A program made the position numbers and the translations under genes. A stretch of 64,000 nt of DNA from Haliotis rufescens (Eukaryota): assembly GCF_023055435.1 (NCBI RefSeq), contig NW_025963890.1, forward strand, positions 25,048,001 to 25,112,000, in the 5' to 3' direction. The notes below the pieces were generated by a model that worked only from the letters and a program-made list of their open reading frames with translations, was not told the DNA's origin and ran no database searches. Shown piece by piece: positions 13,701 through 26,039 of this stretch. The number at the start of each line of letters is the position of its first letter. Position 1 is the first letter of the stretch.

Positions 13701-16700
13701 ATCAATGGCTAGACCTAAGCTGTGAAGCTATCAGTTCATGGAGCCTATGTCATATGATGTCAGTGTGTCCCACACCACCACTGAAGTTCAAACAAGTTGC
13801 ATTACTATAAAACAATTCCTTAATCAGGTTAATCAATGAACAGCCTTAGTAAATTATTTTTAAAGATTAGTCCAGAGCACTAGTGTAAACCATTGAAGCT
13901 TGTCATGTTTGAATGAGACAAAAATGTTTGACATGTTCATATTTTCTGTCAGTTTTATTCAGTTGTTGTGTAGCAAACCTGCAGCATTATGACCTGGATC
14001 TGAGTTAGAGCCCCCACATGCTACGAGTCAATGAGGACTATCGTCAGTAGATTGTCACTTGTCCTCGGCACAATCTAGTTGTCTTGGGCAAGTGGGCTTT
14101 GCATGAAATTCAAATTCTGATAATGTTAAACAAATTTCTACAGTGATTCTTAATCTCGTCAGTAATAGGCTAATCACACAGCCATTTTGAGACAAATACA
14201 ACTATTACAAAAGCTTCATCCAACATGAACAAGACAAGTCATTACAGAAAGCTCTATTAATGATTAACACTTGTATTTCTTGTTTGGGACATGTTATTGC
14301 TATTGTTAAAGGCCATGTAGAGATGAGAACACTTTTATCTGCAAGACAGGATAATGAATAAGTGGATGAATTCAGTCTGAGAGAACAGGGGTTGAAAAAT
14401 TATTAAAAATGTTACTTGACCAAGGGCAAGTATGACCAACATTCTCACTTGCCCTATTTTAAAATGTACTAGCCCAGAATCTAGCTAATAAATTCAGTAA
14501 AATGTTACTGCTGCAGAACTGAGAATAAAATTCTGAAATTTGAACATCCATCAATAAACGTTCTCTTACGATTGCAAGCGTGTATGTTTGGGTACTTGGA
14601 ACAAATGGTGCACTTCATGACTTTCGCTGTGTCATCATACGCAACCCAAGGAAACTGGTCTTTCCACCCAGCGATGAATGTTCGTTTTCGTTTACATTCT
14701 TCATACTTCTTATTCTTTGCCGATATACAACTTTCGGAATTTCCCTCTGCCTTCCTTTTAAGTTCGTCCCCACCGCCAAAGAAACTTAAAATAGACCGCT
14801 GAGACATGATCGGCCATGTGCGGTACTGGCAATATAAATTGTTATTGCAGATACCCCTCCGGGTGCTAATGAGGCAAAGGGAGGCTACTCTGTCCTTTAC
14901 TAGCTTACTCATTTGAAAGAACAGATTTACTTATAGTGATCCCTCGCTATTGCACTCTTCAATATAGCGCTAACTCGGTTATTGTGTGCGGTAACACATG
15001 GTTCCCAAAACTTATATACACTTTTAGTAAACTCAAGTCACTGACACGATGTCATTTCCCCATCGCAAAAACATTACCACCTGCACGCAACACCGGAAAT
15101 ACCAATCAACAAATTTCGCAATTAGCCTGCAACCTCGGGGTATCGCGGTACTTGTCATGTACGCTAAACGGAACAAAATGCACTCACTAACCTTTATGTT
15201 TATTCGTGTTCTCTGTATCAGATATCATTCATGTTATCAAACAATGCATATTTTACTGATAAAAGTTCATTATTTACATTAGTAGCTCCGAGTAAAAGCC
15301 GGGCCTCGCGCTCTGTTTGACAAGTGAGAGAACTCCATCGTATCGCGGTACAGAGAAAAGTTGTGTATGTAGGTCCGAATTGGACAAAAAGAGGACATAA
15401 TTCTACCAACCACTTGGTATGATCATGCCAGACATCAGTGATTTGTCCAGACAAGTGCAAAGACAGCACAAGTAAAATTCTAAATGTGTTATCAGCAATA
15501 GGTATTCAATGCATATTTACCGAAAAGTAAGAGAAAAATATTTTTATAAGTCAACATCAAAATATCAGAAATGATATTTTAAGATTGTTTAAAAAAAATT
15601 GGATGACAATAATTTGTCACAAAATGGAAAAATGTTAAAAGTCAACAATAAATATATGAAAAGCACTCCTAGTATGCCCAAAGTATGTATTTTTCTTTTG
15701 GTTACTAGTGAAGAACGTATTTCTCAGTTTGGCATTATGGCCCTTATGATCTCCAAATAGATTCTGGGCACAGAGCGGGAAAAAATGTGCGGACTACGTA
15801 ACTTCCGTTACCTCATTAGTCGCCATGAATATGCAGATGATCTAATTCAGGTCGATAGAGAAAGTTTACTTGGGGAACTGCGGGTTATATCGTTGGCCAT
15901 TGATAGATGGGGGTAAGGCAATATTACAACAGATGCCAGAAATATGTATCAACGGATTAATAACTCTTTACTTACAGCAGACGGAACATTCCGAGGAAAT
16001 TGAAATTGTTTACGAAGTGAGCACTTCCTGGTTACTGATTTGCATTAATAGACAGCCGCTAAGAGGCGTGTCCCGCGTGAACTATCGGAAATCACAAATG
16101 CCGCGATACGATGAATGCCGCGGTACCATGGGGTCCGAGTATAAATCCTATTATTACTATCTGGTTATAAAAAAACCACGTTTGTACCTTGACATAAGTT
16201 TGTAGCATATTTTATTAATTTTATTTAAAATTTCATTCAATACAGTTTAGATCTTTAGATTTTTTCCGAAATCGTGCGTAAAGGGGTCGATAGATCGCAC
16301 AACTTGCCGTTATTTACAGCAACCACGGTCAGCGCCTCAAATGAACTTTAGTTGACAACGAAAAGAAACACATATTAAATAAATGCCATACTTTCACTCG
16401 TTAAAAGTTCCGTTTGTTGTAGTTCGACAAAATTATATTTCATCAGAGCTAGGGCTAACGAAGCATCTAAAGTCGGAAAATGTTTCAACCTCGCGTTACA
16501 ATTTCCAAGAAACATGTGCCATATATGGAAGTGTTACTACGATTTAACAATGCAACAAGCCTGGTTCTCGTTGTTGACCTGCCTGACATCGAAATGTATT
16601 AATCCCATTGGTTGACTGGCGTAGCTGTATGCAAATTACATTGTCAGTCTGGGACACTAACAAAATATTAGCCAATCAAATACCGTAACATGATCACATG

Positions 16701-19375
16701 ATTACATTCGCGTGAAACTTGACCCAGTTCATTTTGTGTGCTCTACTTGTCCACGGGCATGCTAGAAAACGTATATTACACGCCCGACATCTAAACCTTA
16801 CTTGGCACGGGCGTCGGGCAATGGTATTTTTCAACCCCTGGAGAATACAGAAATGTTCACTGACTAAAAAATCCATTCACACTTCTTTACTAGAATCTTT
16901 GCATGATTGATCTTTAGTCAGTCATTAGTGACCTGTATCTAAGTGATCATTAATCCTGATTGGGAAAGTCTCACCACGCACAAACATACTGAGGTCACAT
17001 GATACTTGCAAATATGTCTTCCAAATACTTGAATATGACAATAGACACAATTTGTAAACACAACCTGTTTTTTTCTACTCTCCACAATAATTAAACCAAG
17101 ACCACTCGATACCTATTCTTCACATTTCCAATAAAGTCAATCCTTGGTGATCAAGCAATAACCAAGACAAGGGTTTGCTATAAATCAGTTACTGTACATA
17201 TCTTTATCTTTTTTTTTCTGGAAGAAGATTGATTGCAAGACGTATAGTACTATTTATCACATATACTACACACATCTATTTCCGTTATTCTTTTTAAAGA
17301 TGAGTACACTTGACCATAACTCTAGAATATGATATACTTATCTACCGTTGGTCTACTTTTAGAATTCAGTACCACAAACATCACATGTTGACAGCACATT
17401 ACAACCCTGTATAAAATAACGACACACACCAGTGACAAGGTGTCCTGAGGTGTCAGACTAACACGATTACTGGAGTCTTTGGGAACTAATTTACATATAT
17501 AATGGTTTTGATTCAGTAATTTTCAATATTATGCACATTAATGCAGTTAATTAGGTATTTCTATATTGACACTGCAAACATCCAAACACTCTCCAGCTAC
17601 AGCGTTGGAAACTGGCACTAGTCCCATAGTCCTTGCCAAACTGCTCAATAGTTACGGTTTCATAAGGACTAGTTGAAATTTACCCTTTTTAAGGGTTTTG
17701 CTAGATGCTATCATTATAAGAAATAGTTTCTAGCGCTGATCTACCATGGGACTTCTTTTGCTATAAATCAATTTAGTTTGGTATAACAAGGTAATGATAA
17801 GAATTGTGTTTGTGAAAGGGTGGTACAGTCTTCTCATCCATTTTACAGAGCGGGAGCTGAAGCATGCAAATCACTGCACCTGTCATCGTGCGCTTGTTCA
17901 TTTTAATTATTCTATACACAAACAGGTCATGATAGCGGGATGAAGTGCTTCATGTTGAATATATCAGCTGGAGTGAGTGAGAATAGTTTTACACAGCTTT
18001 TAGCAATATTCCAGCAATAATGTGGCAAGGAACAATGGGCTGCACACATTGTGCTAATGTGGGAAATCGAACCTGGGTTCAAAAATGGTTCAAAAACTGT
18101 CTCACACTCACACAGTAGCAATGCCTTAACATGCCCACAATGATCTACATTATCTTTTACAGTGCTCCAATGAATTATTTAATACCTGACATTCACACAT
18201 ACATACATACATACTCAATGTCTGATAACTGGAGCCCTTATCAGTGTGTCCCATCTCCTTACCCCTCATGATCATGTAAATTACGGAATGGCACCATGAC
18301 CCCTCATAAGTGTCTGTAGACTGAAGTCAGACGACACCATGGCTACCAGAAACCTCCATAAGTGGCGGTCACCATTTTGTCCCTTTCCATTCATTTCTGT
18401 TTACGCATGACTATGTAAATTTGCACTAACTGCAACAGTGTTAACGTAGCTCAGTTAGTAATTTTGTCACCAATGTCAGTCTAATATCCAAATGTAGCAA
18501 GTTCAACTCCTGATTGATTCTCACAAAATATTGGTTAATTGTCTCAGTGACATGTGTCCTGCTGCAGAGATTATCCTGACAAGGATACTGATTTCACAAG
18601 GTGCTCCCTTACGTTTAATTTCATTGCCATTTTCACCAGGTAATATGTTTCTGTTTTCACCAAGCCAGGTACTACTTTCGATTGGTGACATGTTGACGAG
18701 GTGCTGTTTCAGCTATAACCCAATCAATGTCCCAGCCCATCACTTATCTTATCTGAACTTAGACAGAATCCATTACATGTATAAGAGATTCAGTGTTGTT
18801 TTCTTTGCCCTGGTTACATAAATAACTTGTCTCAGTAAGTCAAAGAAAACGTAAACAGCTTGTACATATGTGAAATACAAATGAAGTCATCTAAACACAA
18901 TGTACTAATTGTCTAACTGGGTTCTTCTAAAATTAATCTATGAGCAAGATATATGTAATCTGTCATGTTGGCACACGTTGGTATATCATAGACATATGAT
19001 ATATATGATATAGAAACGTGGGTCAATAGTTCAGTCTGTTCTTCACGAACACATAACAAAGTGGTGTAAAAACAATAAGCTCACATTCAACCACTAGCCT
19101 ACTTGCAACAGCTGTGCATACGTTGGCTACATTAAATTGATTACTTAGTTCTCTAGAGAAATCAGACTGGTGACTAGCCTAAATCTTTGTTGTGCATCTG
19201 TTTCATCAGTGATACGAACCTTCTCGTACGTGTGTGACGGATATGTGTTCTCGCAAACCTCCATACATGGCTTCACATCAGTGAGAACATGGTCAAATAC
19301 ATCGGATGCAGCAGATAGGGTCACCAAAAGTGCCCAAACTGCCACGATGACTCTGTTTGTTGTACTGGCAGCCAT
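4587..19375 (-). CDS. TMEM59: Transmembrane protein 59-like (BSMAP family), 6 coding exons, 333 aa
   Basis: Exons 19220-19375, 9172-9280, 7720-7811, 6544-6745, 5237-5544 and 4587-4721 are all GT-AG and phase-compatible, totalling 1002 nt. The protein has a signal peptide, a Cys-rich ectodomain (CxxxCxxTYP, CxRGCR, ACxLGC), WSLYMEADNGKLVVIKSQP, one TM helix, and a KLSINGDLEY...PLPIK tail typical of TMEM59. Confidence 0.93.
4932..5150 (+). mobile_element. Interspersed SINE-like repeat (CAAA tail family)
   Basis: Homologous to copies at 5939-6357, 10430-10693 and 31375-31560 (minus). Confidence 0.7.
5237..5544 (-). CDS. TMEM59: TMEM59 exon 5 (TM helix)
   Basis: DWLTCIARKTGIPRLLLCLLILFCAIVMIWLCLTAAV; AG/GT boundaries. 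Confidence 0.92.
5615..5832 (-). mobile_element. tRNA-derived SINE, degenerate copy
   Basis: Reverse-complement match to 8768-9047. Confidence 0.7.
5939..6357 (+). mobile_element. SINE-like repeat (CAAA tail) interrupted by about 225 bp of other sequence (about 6046-6272)
   Basis: The 5' and 3' halves match 10430-10693; the middle is replaced. Confidence 0.6.
6544..6745 (-). CDS. TMEM59: TMEM59 exon 4
   Basis: LESEEPSIHLL...WSLYMEADNGKLVVIKSQPQF...; AG/GT boundaries. Confidence 0.9.
7720..7811 (-). CDS. TMEM59: TMEM59 exon 3
   Basis: CCKESYPAEADYNACALGCRSQTPFAARRHQ; AG/GT boundaries, phase 1 to 0. Confidence 0.9.
8207..8760 (+). repeat. 19-20-bp minisatellite (CTACCCAGAATACATCCCAA)
   Basis: Direct tandem units; degenerate continuation at 9058-9110 after the SINE insertion. 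Confidence 0.95.
8768..9047 (+). mobile_element. Full-length tRNA-derived SINE with (ACTC)n tail
   Basis: A box TGGCCCAGTCG, B box GGTTCGAATCC, 11-bp TSD ACATCCATCCT (8757-8767 and 9048-9058). Confidence 0.85.
9172..9280 (-). CDS. TMEM59: TMEM59 exon 2
   Basis: QGNHHECCRRGCRFYSIMEFVNGGEEVNTTQKECMG; CAG acceptor, GTAAGT donor. Confidence 0.9.
10260..10960 (-). mobile_element. Degenerate mariner remnant split by a SINE
   Basis: LCHFEVDPAELVEQFVTIDDSWLH resembles LCRFEADPDDFLARFVTMDETWIH of the 49-kb mariner. Confidence 0.55.
10430..10693 (+). mobile_element. SINE-like repeat (CAAA tail family)
   Basis: Multi-copy within the window; ends GCGGCGTTAAAC(AAAC)n. Confidence 0.75.
10970..12050 (-). 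mobile_element. Degenerate L1/Tx1-like LINE 3' end
   Basis: Minus-strand WFLFNVINNILSTKCYLFTLGYVESPVCSLCNEPPE resembles the zf-RVT C-terminal Cys motif; AATAAA and A-rich end near 10990. Confidence 0.5.
12116..13761 (+). repeat. 56-bp tandem repeat (59-60-bp variants) in TMEM59 intron 1
   Basis: CAATGGCTAGACCTAAGCTGTGAAGCTATCAGTTCATGGAGCCTATGTCATATGAT, about 29 copies. Confidence 0.97.
14386..16840 (-). mobile_element. Internally deleted hAT element with 5-bp TSD (hAT5-like)
   Basis: 15-bp TIR CAGGGGTTGAAAAAT at both ends; TSD GAGAA; truncated ORF 14505-14807 with a TTF-type zinc finger (WKDQFPWVAY...MKCTIC). Confidence 0.8.
17971..18080 (-). mobile_element. Short SINE fragment (ACTC tail)
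   Basis: Homologous to 40679-40792. Confidence 0.6.
19220..19375 (-). CDS. TMEM59: TMEM59 exon 1 (signal peptide)
   Basis: MAASTTNRVIVAVWALLVTLSAASDVFD...CENTYPSHTYEK followed by GT donor. Confidence 0.9.
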
Positions 19376-19418
19376 AGTCGAATTGACATCACTTGCCCAC
19401 TTCCAAGAGGCTTGTTTT

Positions 19419-19430
19419 TGTCACGTGACA
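19419..19430. promoter_or_regulatory. CLEAR-type E-box palindrome TGTCACGTGACA upstream of TMEM59
   Basis: Perfect 12-bp palindrome containing GTCACGTGAC about 45 nt upstream of the ATG; GC box (GGGGCGGG) near 19570. Confidence 0.6.
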
Positions 19431-20199
19431 CGCCAAGCGACATAACTCTATATTCAAACGTAAGGGATACCACTATGAAATGATTTACAACTCGGCAGTA
19501 AAACATATTCCACGCCGTATAATTAAGTGCATGAAAAACCAAGCACGAAATCGCGAAAGGAATGGCACAGGGGCGGGAAAACACAATGACTCGTGGAGAC
19601 ATGAATATGGCATAGAAACACAACGGCACGACAAAGAGATAAGAAAACGGGGAATTCCTGTTTTTCTCACTCATTGTGTTTGTTCTGTATTTCTCCCGTT
19701 TTCTGTGCACTGTTATCTGGGCTTTGTGTACACGAAATGGTTGTTATAAATTTCAAGGAGAGGGTTTAATATCTTCCCCATTGAAAAGCAAATTTACATT
19801 TTTCCGGCTAACAATACCCGACGAAAACAACACAGCTTTAATGTTTCAACTCATATTATTATATTCAAGGCCATTTGCCCACAAATACAAGCTACATAAT
19901 TTTACATTTGGCAATTGTCAATAGAGATATTTTTTAATGTTAGTTAACGCATATGGCGTACGTTGTGATATGCCTAAAATGTTTACAAGCTGAAAATTGT
20001 GGTCTTCGGTTTATAGAACATTGAACCCTTTGGCAACTCACACTTCAGATCCATACAAAAGAATAGGTTTTATCTTCGTATAAAAAAATCGTAAAATCCC
20101 TGTGGTAGGTTACAAGTCCGATGTCATTCATTGTTCTTTAGTCCCATTGAGTGCCCTTCTGTCCATTTCACTTGTGCTTTCAACTGAATTTTGCATATT

Positions 20200-20740
20200 T
20201 AGATTTGAGCTGAAAACTACTCCAAGATATTTTGGTCAAAATGATCATCAACAAATTCCCCTGATTCACATTTCTTCACGGGACCGTATTTTCTTAAACA
20301 GGATTTATAGAAGGTTTCAACTTGTCTCTATCATGATCTAAATGCTTCAAGTCCAAATACAGTGTCCGAAAAAATAGAATACCATTTGCAAATAGTAAAA
20401 CCAGCAAGTCTATGGAGTCAGGGCATAACTGTGTTCTTCTATCTCCATTCACAACCAATTCATTAACTAGTTCATTAGTATAAAGAGAAAACAAAAGTGG
20501 ACTGAGGATGCAGCCTTGTCTTACACCAGTTGTACATTCAAATACTTTACTCTGAGTCACTCAGTTAGTTATCGCTTTTAACTTTACAATTTACATATGG
20601 TACATATATACATATATAAGGCTATTGCTTGTAATATCTCACCTGATAAACCATTTTTTCGAGTAGTAGGTTCCTATCTATTTGATCAAACACTTTCTTA
20701 AAATCAGTAAAGTATGTCAAATCTTCCTTTTCGTTTCGTT
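20200..20740 (-). mobile_element. Degenerate non-LTR reverse transcriptase fragment
   Basis: DFKKVFD and GVRQGCILSPLLFSLY...LLFA RT motifs, with frameshifts. Confidence 0.8.
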
Positions 20741-20995
20741 TGATGTTTAGAAGATAAATAGTTACGTTTGTTACTTTTGCCGATTGTTATTGTCATTCAA
20801 CGACTGCAAATTCATTTGAAACCGATGCCGAAACATTTGGAAACACAGACATTTGGGCTTGGCTTGAGAAATAGTACCGTTTATTTATTCATATCCAGTT
20901 AAAAGGCTTATGTGGATTTGTGGGAATAGAATGGGGTAATCGACGAGGTAGGGTGACCAATCAGATTGCGGTCACACTAACTATTGGTTTACAAT

Positions 20996-21320
20996 TAGCG
21001 GTGAGGTGAAATTGGGTTTAACGTCGCGTCCAAGATTATTGCACTTATGTGTGTGTGTGGCTGCTTGTACTAGTCCGGACTGATGCCGATTTATAGTGCT
21101 AGCTCACTGAGATACCATGCCGCAGTTTAACATGAATACCCCACTCAGACACAGTATACTGACTCCGAGCCCACCAGTCCTTGTTTTAGCCCCTTAATGC
21201 CGAGCGCCAGACAGGGTAACAACAAGTACCATCTTTTAACGTCTTTTGGTATGACGCGGCCGGGGATCGAACCCCGGACCTTCCGGGCGGACGCTCTACC
21301 ACAAGACCACGGAGGCGGCG
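20996..21320 (-). mobile_element. tRNA-head SINE with Meta-domain-like core
   Basis: A and B boxes (TGGTAGAGC, GGTTCGATCC), then GTCATACCAAAAGACGTTAAAAGATGGTAC...GCATTAAGGG; TSD GTTTACAAT. Confidence 0.75.
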
Positions 21321-21902
21321 TTTACAATAAGAAGATAAATAGTTACGTTTGTTACGTTTGCCGAATGTTTTAAATTGTCATTCAACGACTGCAAATTAAT
21401 TTGAAACCGACCCCGATAACTATTTTGTAAACCAATCTACAGAGAGAAGCATTATAATGGGGGACTCTGACGATGCGCGGTTTGTTGCTTTGATCTGTTG
21501 CAAAGAGGCCTTCTCACGCGCCGCACTTCGAATCATGACAACATTCCATCGGTGTGGACGACGCTTTTTTTCAGGAGGGGTTAGCTGTACCGTAGCACAA
21601 GAAAATACATAACACACCGATAATATTTTAATTTTCTGTTTTATTTCCGATTAACATTTCATTACTAGGTTTTACATTTTAAATGGTAAAGAAATGAAAA
21701 TTATTTCTCCATTCAAAATCACGTATGCAAACGCTCATCAATGCAATAGCACTATAATTATCCGACTTGGCCCTATTTCCCATGTATATAATGGTTATAC
21801 CCGATGATCAATGGTTTGGAAAAATACCATTTTGGAAAATATGATTGGATAATATTGTCAGATACACCGCCAAATTCCGCTTTCTGGAAATATAAATCAT
21901 CC

Positions 21903-23760
21903 AGGCTGAGGTGTGAGGTGACTTCCCGATACCGAGGCTGAGGTGTGAGGTGACTTCCCGATACCGAGGCTGAGGTGTGAGGTGACTTCCCGCTACCGAG
22001 GCTGAGGTGTGAGGTGATTTCCCGCTACCGAGGCTGAGGTGTGAGGTGATTTCCCGCTACCGAGGCTGAGGTGTGAGGTGATTTCACACTACCGAGGCGT
22101 GGGTGTTTAATAGGTGATTCCACACTTACCAGGCCGGGCTGTTAGATGATTCCGCGCTTACCAGGCCGGGCTGTTAGATGATTCCACACTTACCAGGCCG
22201 GGCTGTTAGATGATTCCACGCTCACCAGGCCGAGTTGTTAGATGATTCCACGCTTACCAGGCCGGGCTGTTAGATGATTCCACGCTAACCAGGCCGAGTT
22301 GTTAGATGATTCCACACTTACCAGGCCGGGCTGTTAGATGATTCCACGCTAACCAGGCCGGGCTGTTAGATGATTCCACGCTTATCAGGCCGGGCTGTTA
22401 GATGATTCCACGCTAACCAGGCCGAGTTGTTAGATGATTCTACGCTAACCAGGCCAGGGTGTTAGATGATTCCACGCTTACCAGTCCGGGCTGTTAGATG
22501 ATTCCACGCTTACCAGACCAGGCTGTTAGATGATTCCACGCTTATCAGGCCGGGCTGTTAGATGATTCCACGCTTACCAGGCCGGGCTGTTAGATGATTC
22601 CACGCTAACCAGGCCGGGCTGTTAGATGATTCCACGCTTACCAGTCCGGGCTGTTAGATGATTCCACGCTTACCAGGCCGGGCTGTTAGATGATTCCACG
22701 CTCACCAGGCCGGGCTGTTAGATGATTCCACGCTTACCAGTCCGGGCTGTTAGATGATTCCACGCTTACCAGGCCGTCGTGTTAGATGATTCCACGCTAA
22801 CCAGGCCGGGTTGTTAGATGATTCCACAGTAACCAGGCTGGGTTGTTAGATGATTCCACGCTTACCAGGCCGGGGTGTTAGATGATTCCACGCTAACCAG
22901 GCCGGGTTTTTGGATGATTCCACACTTACCAGGCCGGGCTGTTAGATGATTCCACGCTAACCAGGCCGGGCTGTTAGATGATTCCACGCTTACCAGTCCG
23001 GGCTGTTAGATGATTCCACGCTAACCAGGCCGGGGTGTTAGATGATTCCACGCTCACCAGGCCGGGCTGTTAGATGATTCCACGCTCACCAGGCCGGGCT
23101 GTTAGATGATTCCACGCTAACCAGACCGGGGTGTTAGATGATTCCACGCTCACCAGGCCGGGGTGTTAGATGATTCCACGCTCACCAGGCCGGGCTGTTA
23201 GATGATTCCACGCTAACCAGGCCGGGTTGTTAGATGATTCCACGCTCACCAGGCCGGGCTGTTAGATGATTCCACGCTAACCAGGCCGGGGTGTTAGATG
23301 ATTCCACGCTCACCAGGCCGGGCTGTTAGATGATTCCACGCTCACCAGGCCGGGCTGTTAGATGATTCCACACTTACCAGGCCGGGCTGTTAGATGATTC
23401 CACGCTTACCAGGCCGGGCTGTTAGATGATTCCACACTTACTAGGCCGGGCTGTTAGATGATTCCACGCTAACCAGGCCGGGTTTTTGGATGATTCCACA
23501 CTTACCAGGCCGGGCTGTTAGATGATTCCACGCTAACCAGGCCGGGCTGTTAGATGATTCCACGCTTACCAGGCCGTCGTGTTAGATGATTCCACGCTCA
23601 CCAGGCCGGGCTGTTAGATGATTCCACGCTTACCAGGCCGGAGTGTTAGATGATTCCAAGCTAACCAGGCCGGGTTGTTAGTTGATTCCATGCTAACCAG
23701 GCCGGGGTGTTAGATGATTACACGCTAACCAGGCCGGGCTGTTAGTTGATTCCACGCTAA
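21903..23760 (+). repeat. 32-bp minisatellite, two related subtypes
   Basis: About 6 units of CCGAGGCTGAGGTGTGAGGTGACTTCCCGCTA, then about 51 units of CCAGGCCGGGCTGTTAGATGATTCCACGCTTA. Confidence 0.97.
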
Positions 23761-23979
23761 TTATTTATCTTTATTATAATTGAACATGTTTTTACAGTTT
23801 GGGTTCAAAGTTAAATCATGATGACTAAATAACGTATTGTCTGGAGTTGAAGCTATTCTGTGTTCTTTCTGACCGTCCAATGCTACACAACGTAGAACAG
23901 GTGTAATGACCATAAATGTCTGACAGGTTATTTCGGCCGGATAGATCAATATCTGGTGTGTCCAGCAATTTGGACGATA

Positions 23980-25350
23980 CATGCACGTCATCTTGAGGGC
24001 ATACTGTGGATAAACATGGGTATGGTTGCCTTTGGTATTGCCCGCCATTCCACCTGAAGAGCTACCGCAAGCTGGGCCACGTTGGTCTCTGCAATACACT
24101 CTCCGCACGAGAACATCCTACAGACTGGGGACATGTCAGGGACTTAGCGGACCAACTCAAAGTCCTGAGCTCGCTGTGGTCATTGTGCAATTGCTGACGA
24201 TAATTCCAGCGAATGGAACAACGGCAGCTAGGACGCAGCATATCGATGGCCAGTCAAATGTCCATTCACATTAACCAAATCAGTTCGCCATTCAGGTGTG
24301 TTACCACCCCAACCCATGAAACTATCGCCGCCATACCGATCAGGGCCAAGAATTGTTGCCCTGGCATACCGCTCGCTGCCACGTCGCCACGTCGCCACGT
24401 CGCCACGTCGCAAACAGAACAGAATTTAACTTTATTTACAATAGGTAAATGGTGGCATGAGGTTCCAAACAAAAGAAATTGATTAATTATATATCCTGTT
24501 CAAGAACGAGTTCGGTTTTAAAAATGCGATTTGTGATACCTTTAGAAGAATTTGTAATCTCTGAATTCCATGTTTTGAGTTGCTACATCAGATAATCTTC
24601 TGTCATCTGTGAATCGGAGGCAAAACCTTGATTCGTCTGTGAAAATGATGTAACGCCATTGTCTCACAGTCCGTCCCTGGTGTTGTCTGGCCCAATCTTT
24701 GCCGCCTGTGATAAGCTGTTAGGGCCACACCCTTCACAGTCCGTCCCTGGTGTTGTCTGGCCCAATCTTTGCCGCCTGTGATAAGCTGTTAGGGCCACAC
24801 CCTCCACAGTCCGTCCCTGGTGTTGTCTGGCCCAATCTTTGCCGCCTGTGATAAGCTGTTAGGGCCACACCCTTCACAGTCCGTCCCTGGTGTTGTCTGG
24901 CCCAATCTTTGCCGCCTGTGATAAGCTGTTAGGGCCACACCCTCCACAGTCCGTCCCTGGTGTTGTCTGGCCCAATCTTTGCCGCCTGTGATAAGCTGTT
25001 AGGGCCACACCCTTCAAAGGACGCCCTGCTTTCAGGCACGCTCAGAGCCGTTTTTTAACGGTAGATGTTCGAATTCGCCTTCCAGTTATTGTGTGCAATT
25101 CTCTATTGATAACAGGAGCAGATTTAAATATATTGCGTTGTTCAATTATTGAGAAGATCCTATCTATGTGTTGAGTTTTTGGCCCTGCTAGGCCCAGGTA
25201 CTTGTCCCACAATCGAGAAATGACACTTTTTGATTTGCCAGGGATTCGGGCAACTTGGGATATTGAAATCCCCTCCATCGTATCAACGATTCGCCATTTT
25301 GTCTTTTCCTTTATATGCTGTCTCGGAGGCATTTTAAGCATGGTGCTCAC
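23980..25350 (-). mobile_element. Degenerate Tc1-like transposase
   Basis: HTH (SISQVARIPGKSKSVISRLW), WRYIIFTDESRF, DRYGGDSFMGWGG and KSPDMSP remnants with frameshifts. Confidence 0.8.
24665..25016 (+). repeat. 70-bp tandem repeat x5 inside the Tc1 transposase
   Basis: Period 70 (24665, 24735, ...). Confidence 0.95.
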
Positions 25351-26039
25351 CTCAATTGCATTAGTGATTGTGAGTTATCCTATGGGTGCTTACACTTTGA
25401 CTTCTGTGAGCATCGCATGCTGTTCATGCATGATGTGAAATGTCATTGTGATTAGATGTTGTGTTCAGATGCAACGTCACGGTATTGTAAATGTACACCT
25501 CAACGATAGCTACATTTAAGTCATTAGTTCCCTTATTTTTTGCCGATAGTATATAGTTAATTCTTCCTGTTGTGAAAACATAGGGGCGTCTGACAGTGTT
25601 ACACTTGGCCGGAAATATTTGTGTGTAACACACCATCATCACCAGCAACACAACGTATCTGGGGTGGTAACGTGGTGAAAAGCTGTAAGTAGCAGTATTA
25701 TATTTTCTCAACTAGTTATATTTTAAAAGATTACTTTCTGCTTGATGTTGTGCAACACCATTAAATAAACATTTTTAAAAATTGGGATAATGATATGCAT
25801 GAATGTACTCTAATTTATTACTTATAAATATCTTGAAATAATCTGTGTCTTGTTTGTACGATATACATGACATATTGTACCGTATCGAGAGCAGAGTGAA
25901 ATACACTGTACAAATTGTGGAAAAGTCGATGCCAACAGTTGATGTCGGATCAAAATCACACAAGGAAAACTACATACGAACAATGGCACGCAATTAGTAT
26001 ACACACATGGATACACACAAACAAGCATAAATGGATACA

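Noticed and set aside
21240-21320. tRNA gene
   Set aside because: The tRNA-like head continues into a SINE body with a TSD and does not form a complete cloverleaf.
20750-21410. About 75-bp direct duplication (20750-20825 and 21330-21410) as LTRs
   Set aside because: No TG..CA ends, PBS or internal coding sequence; likely a local duplication.
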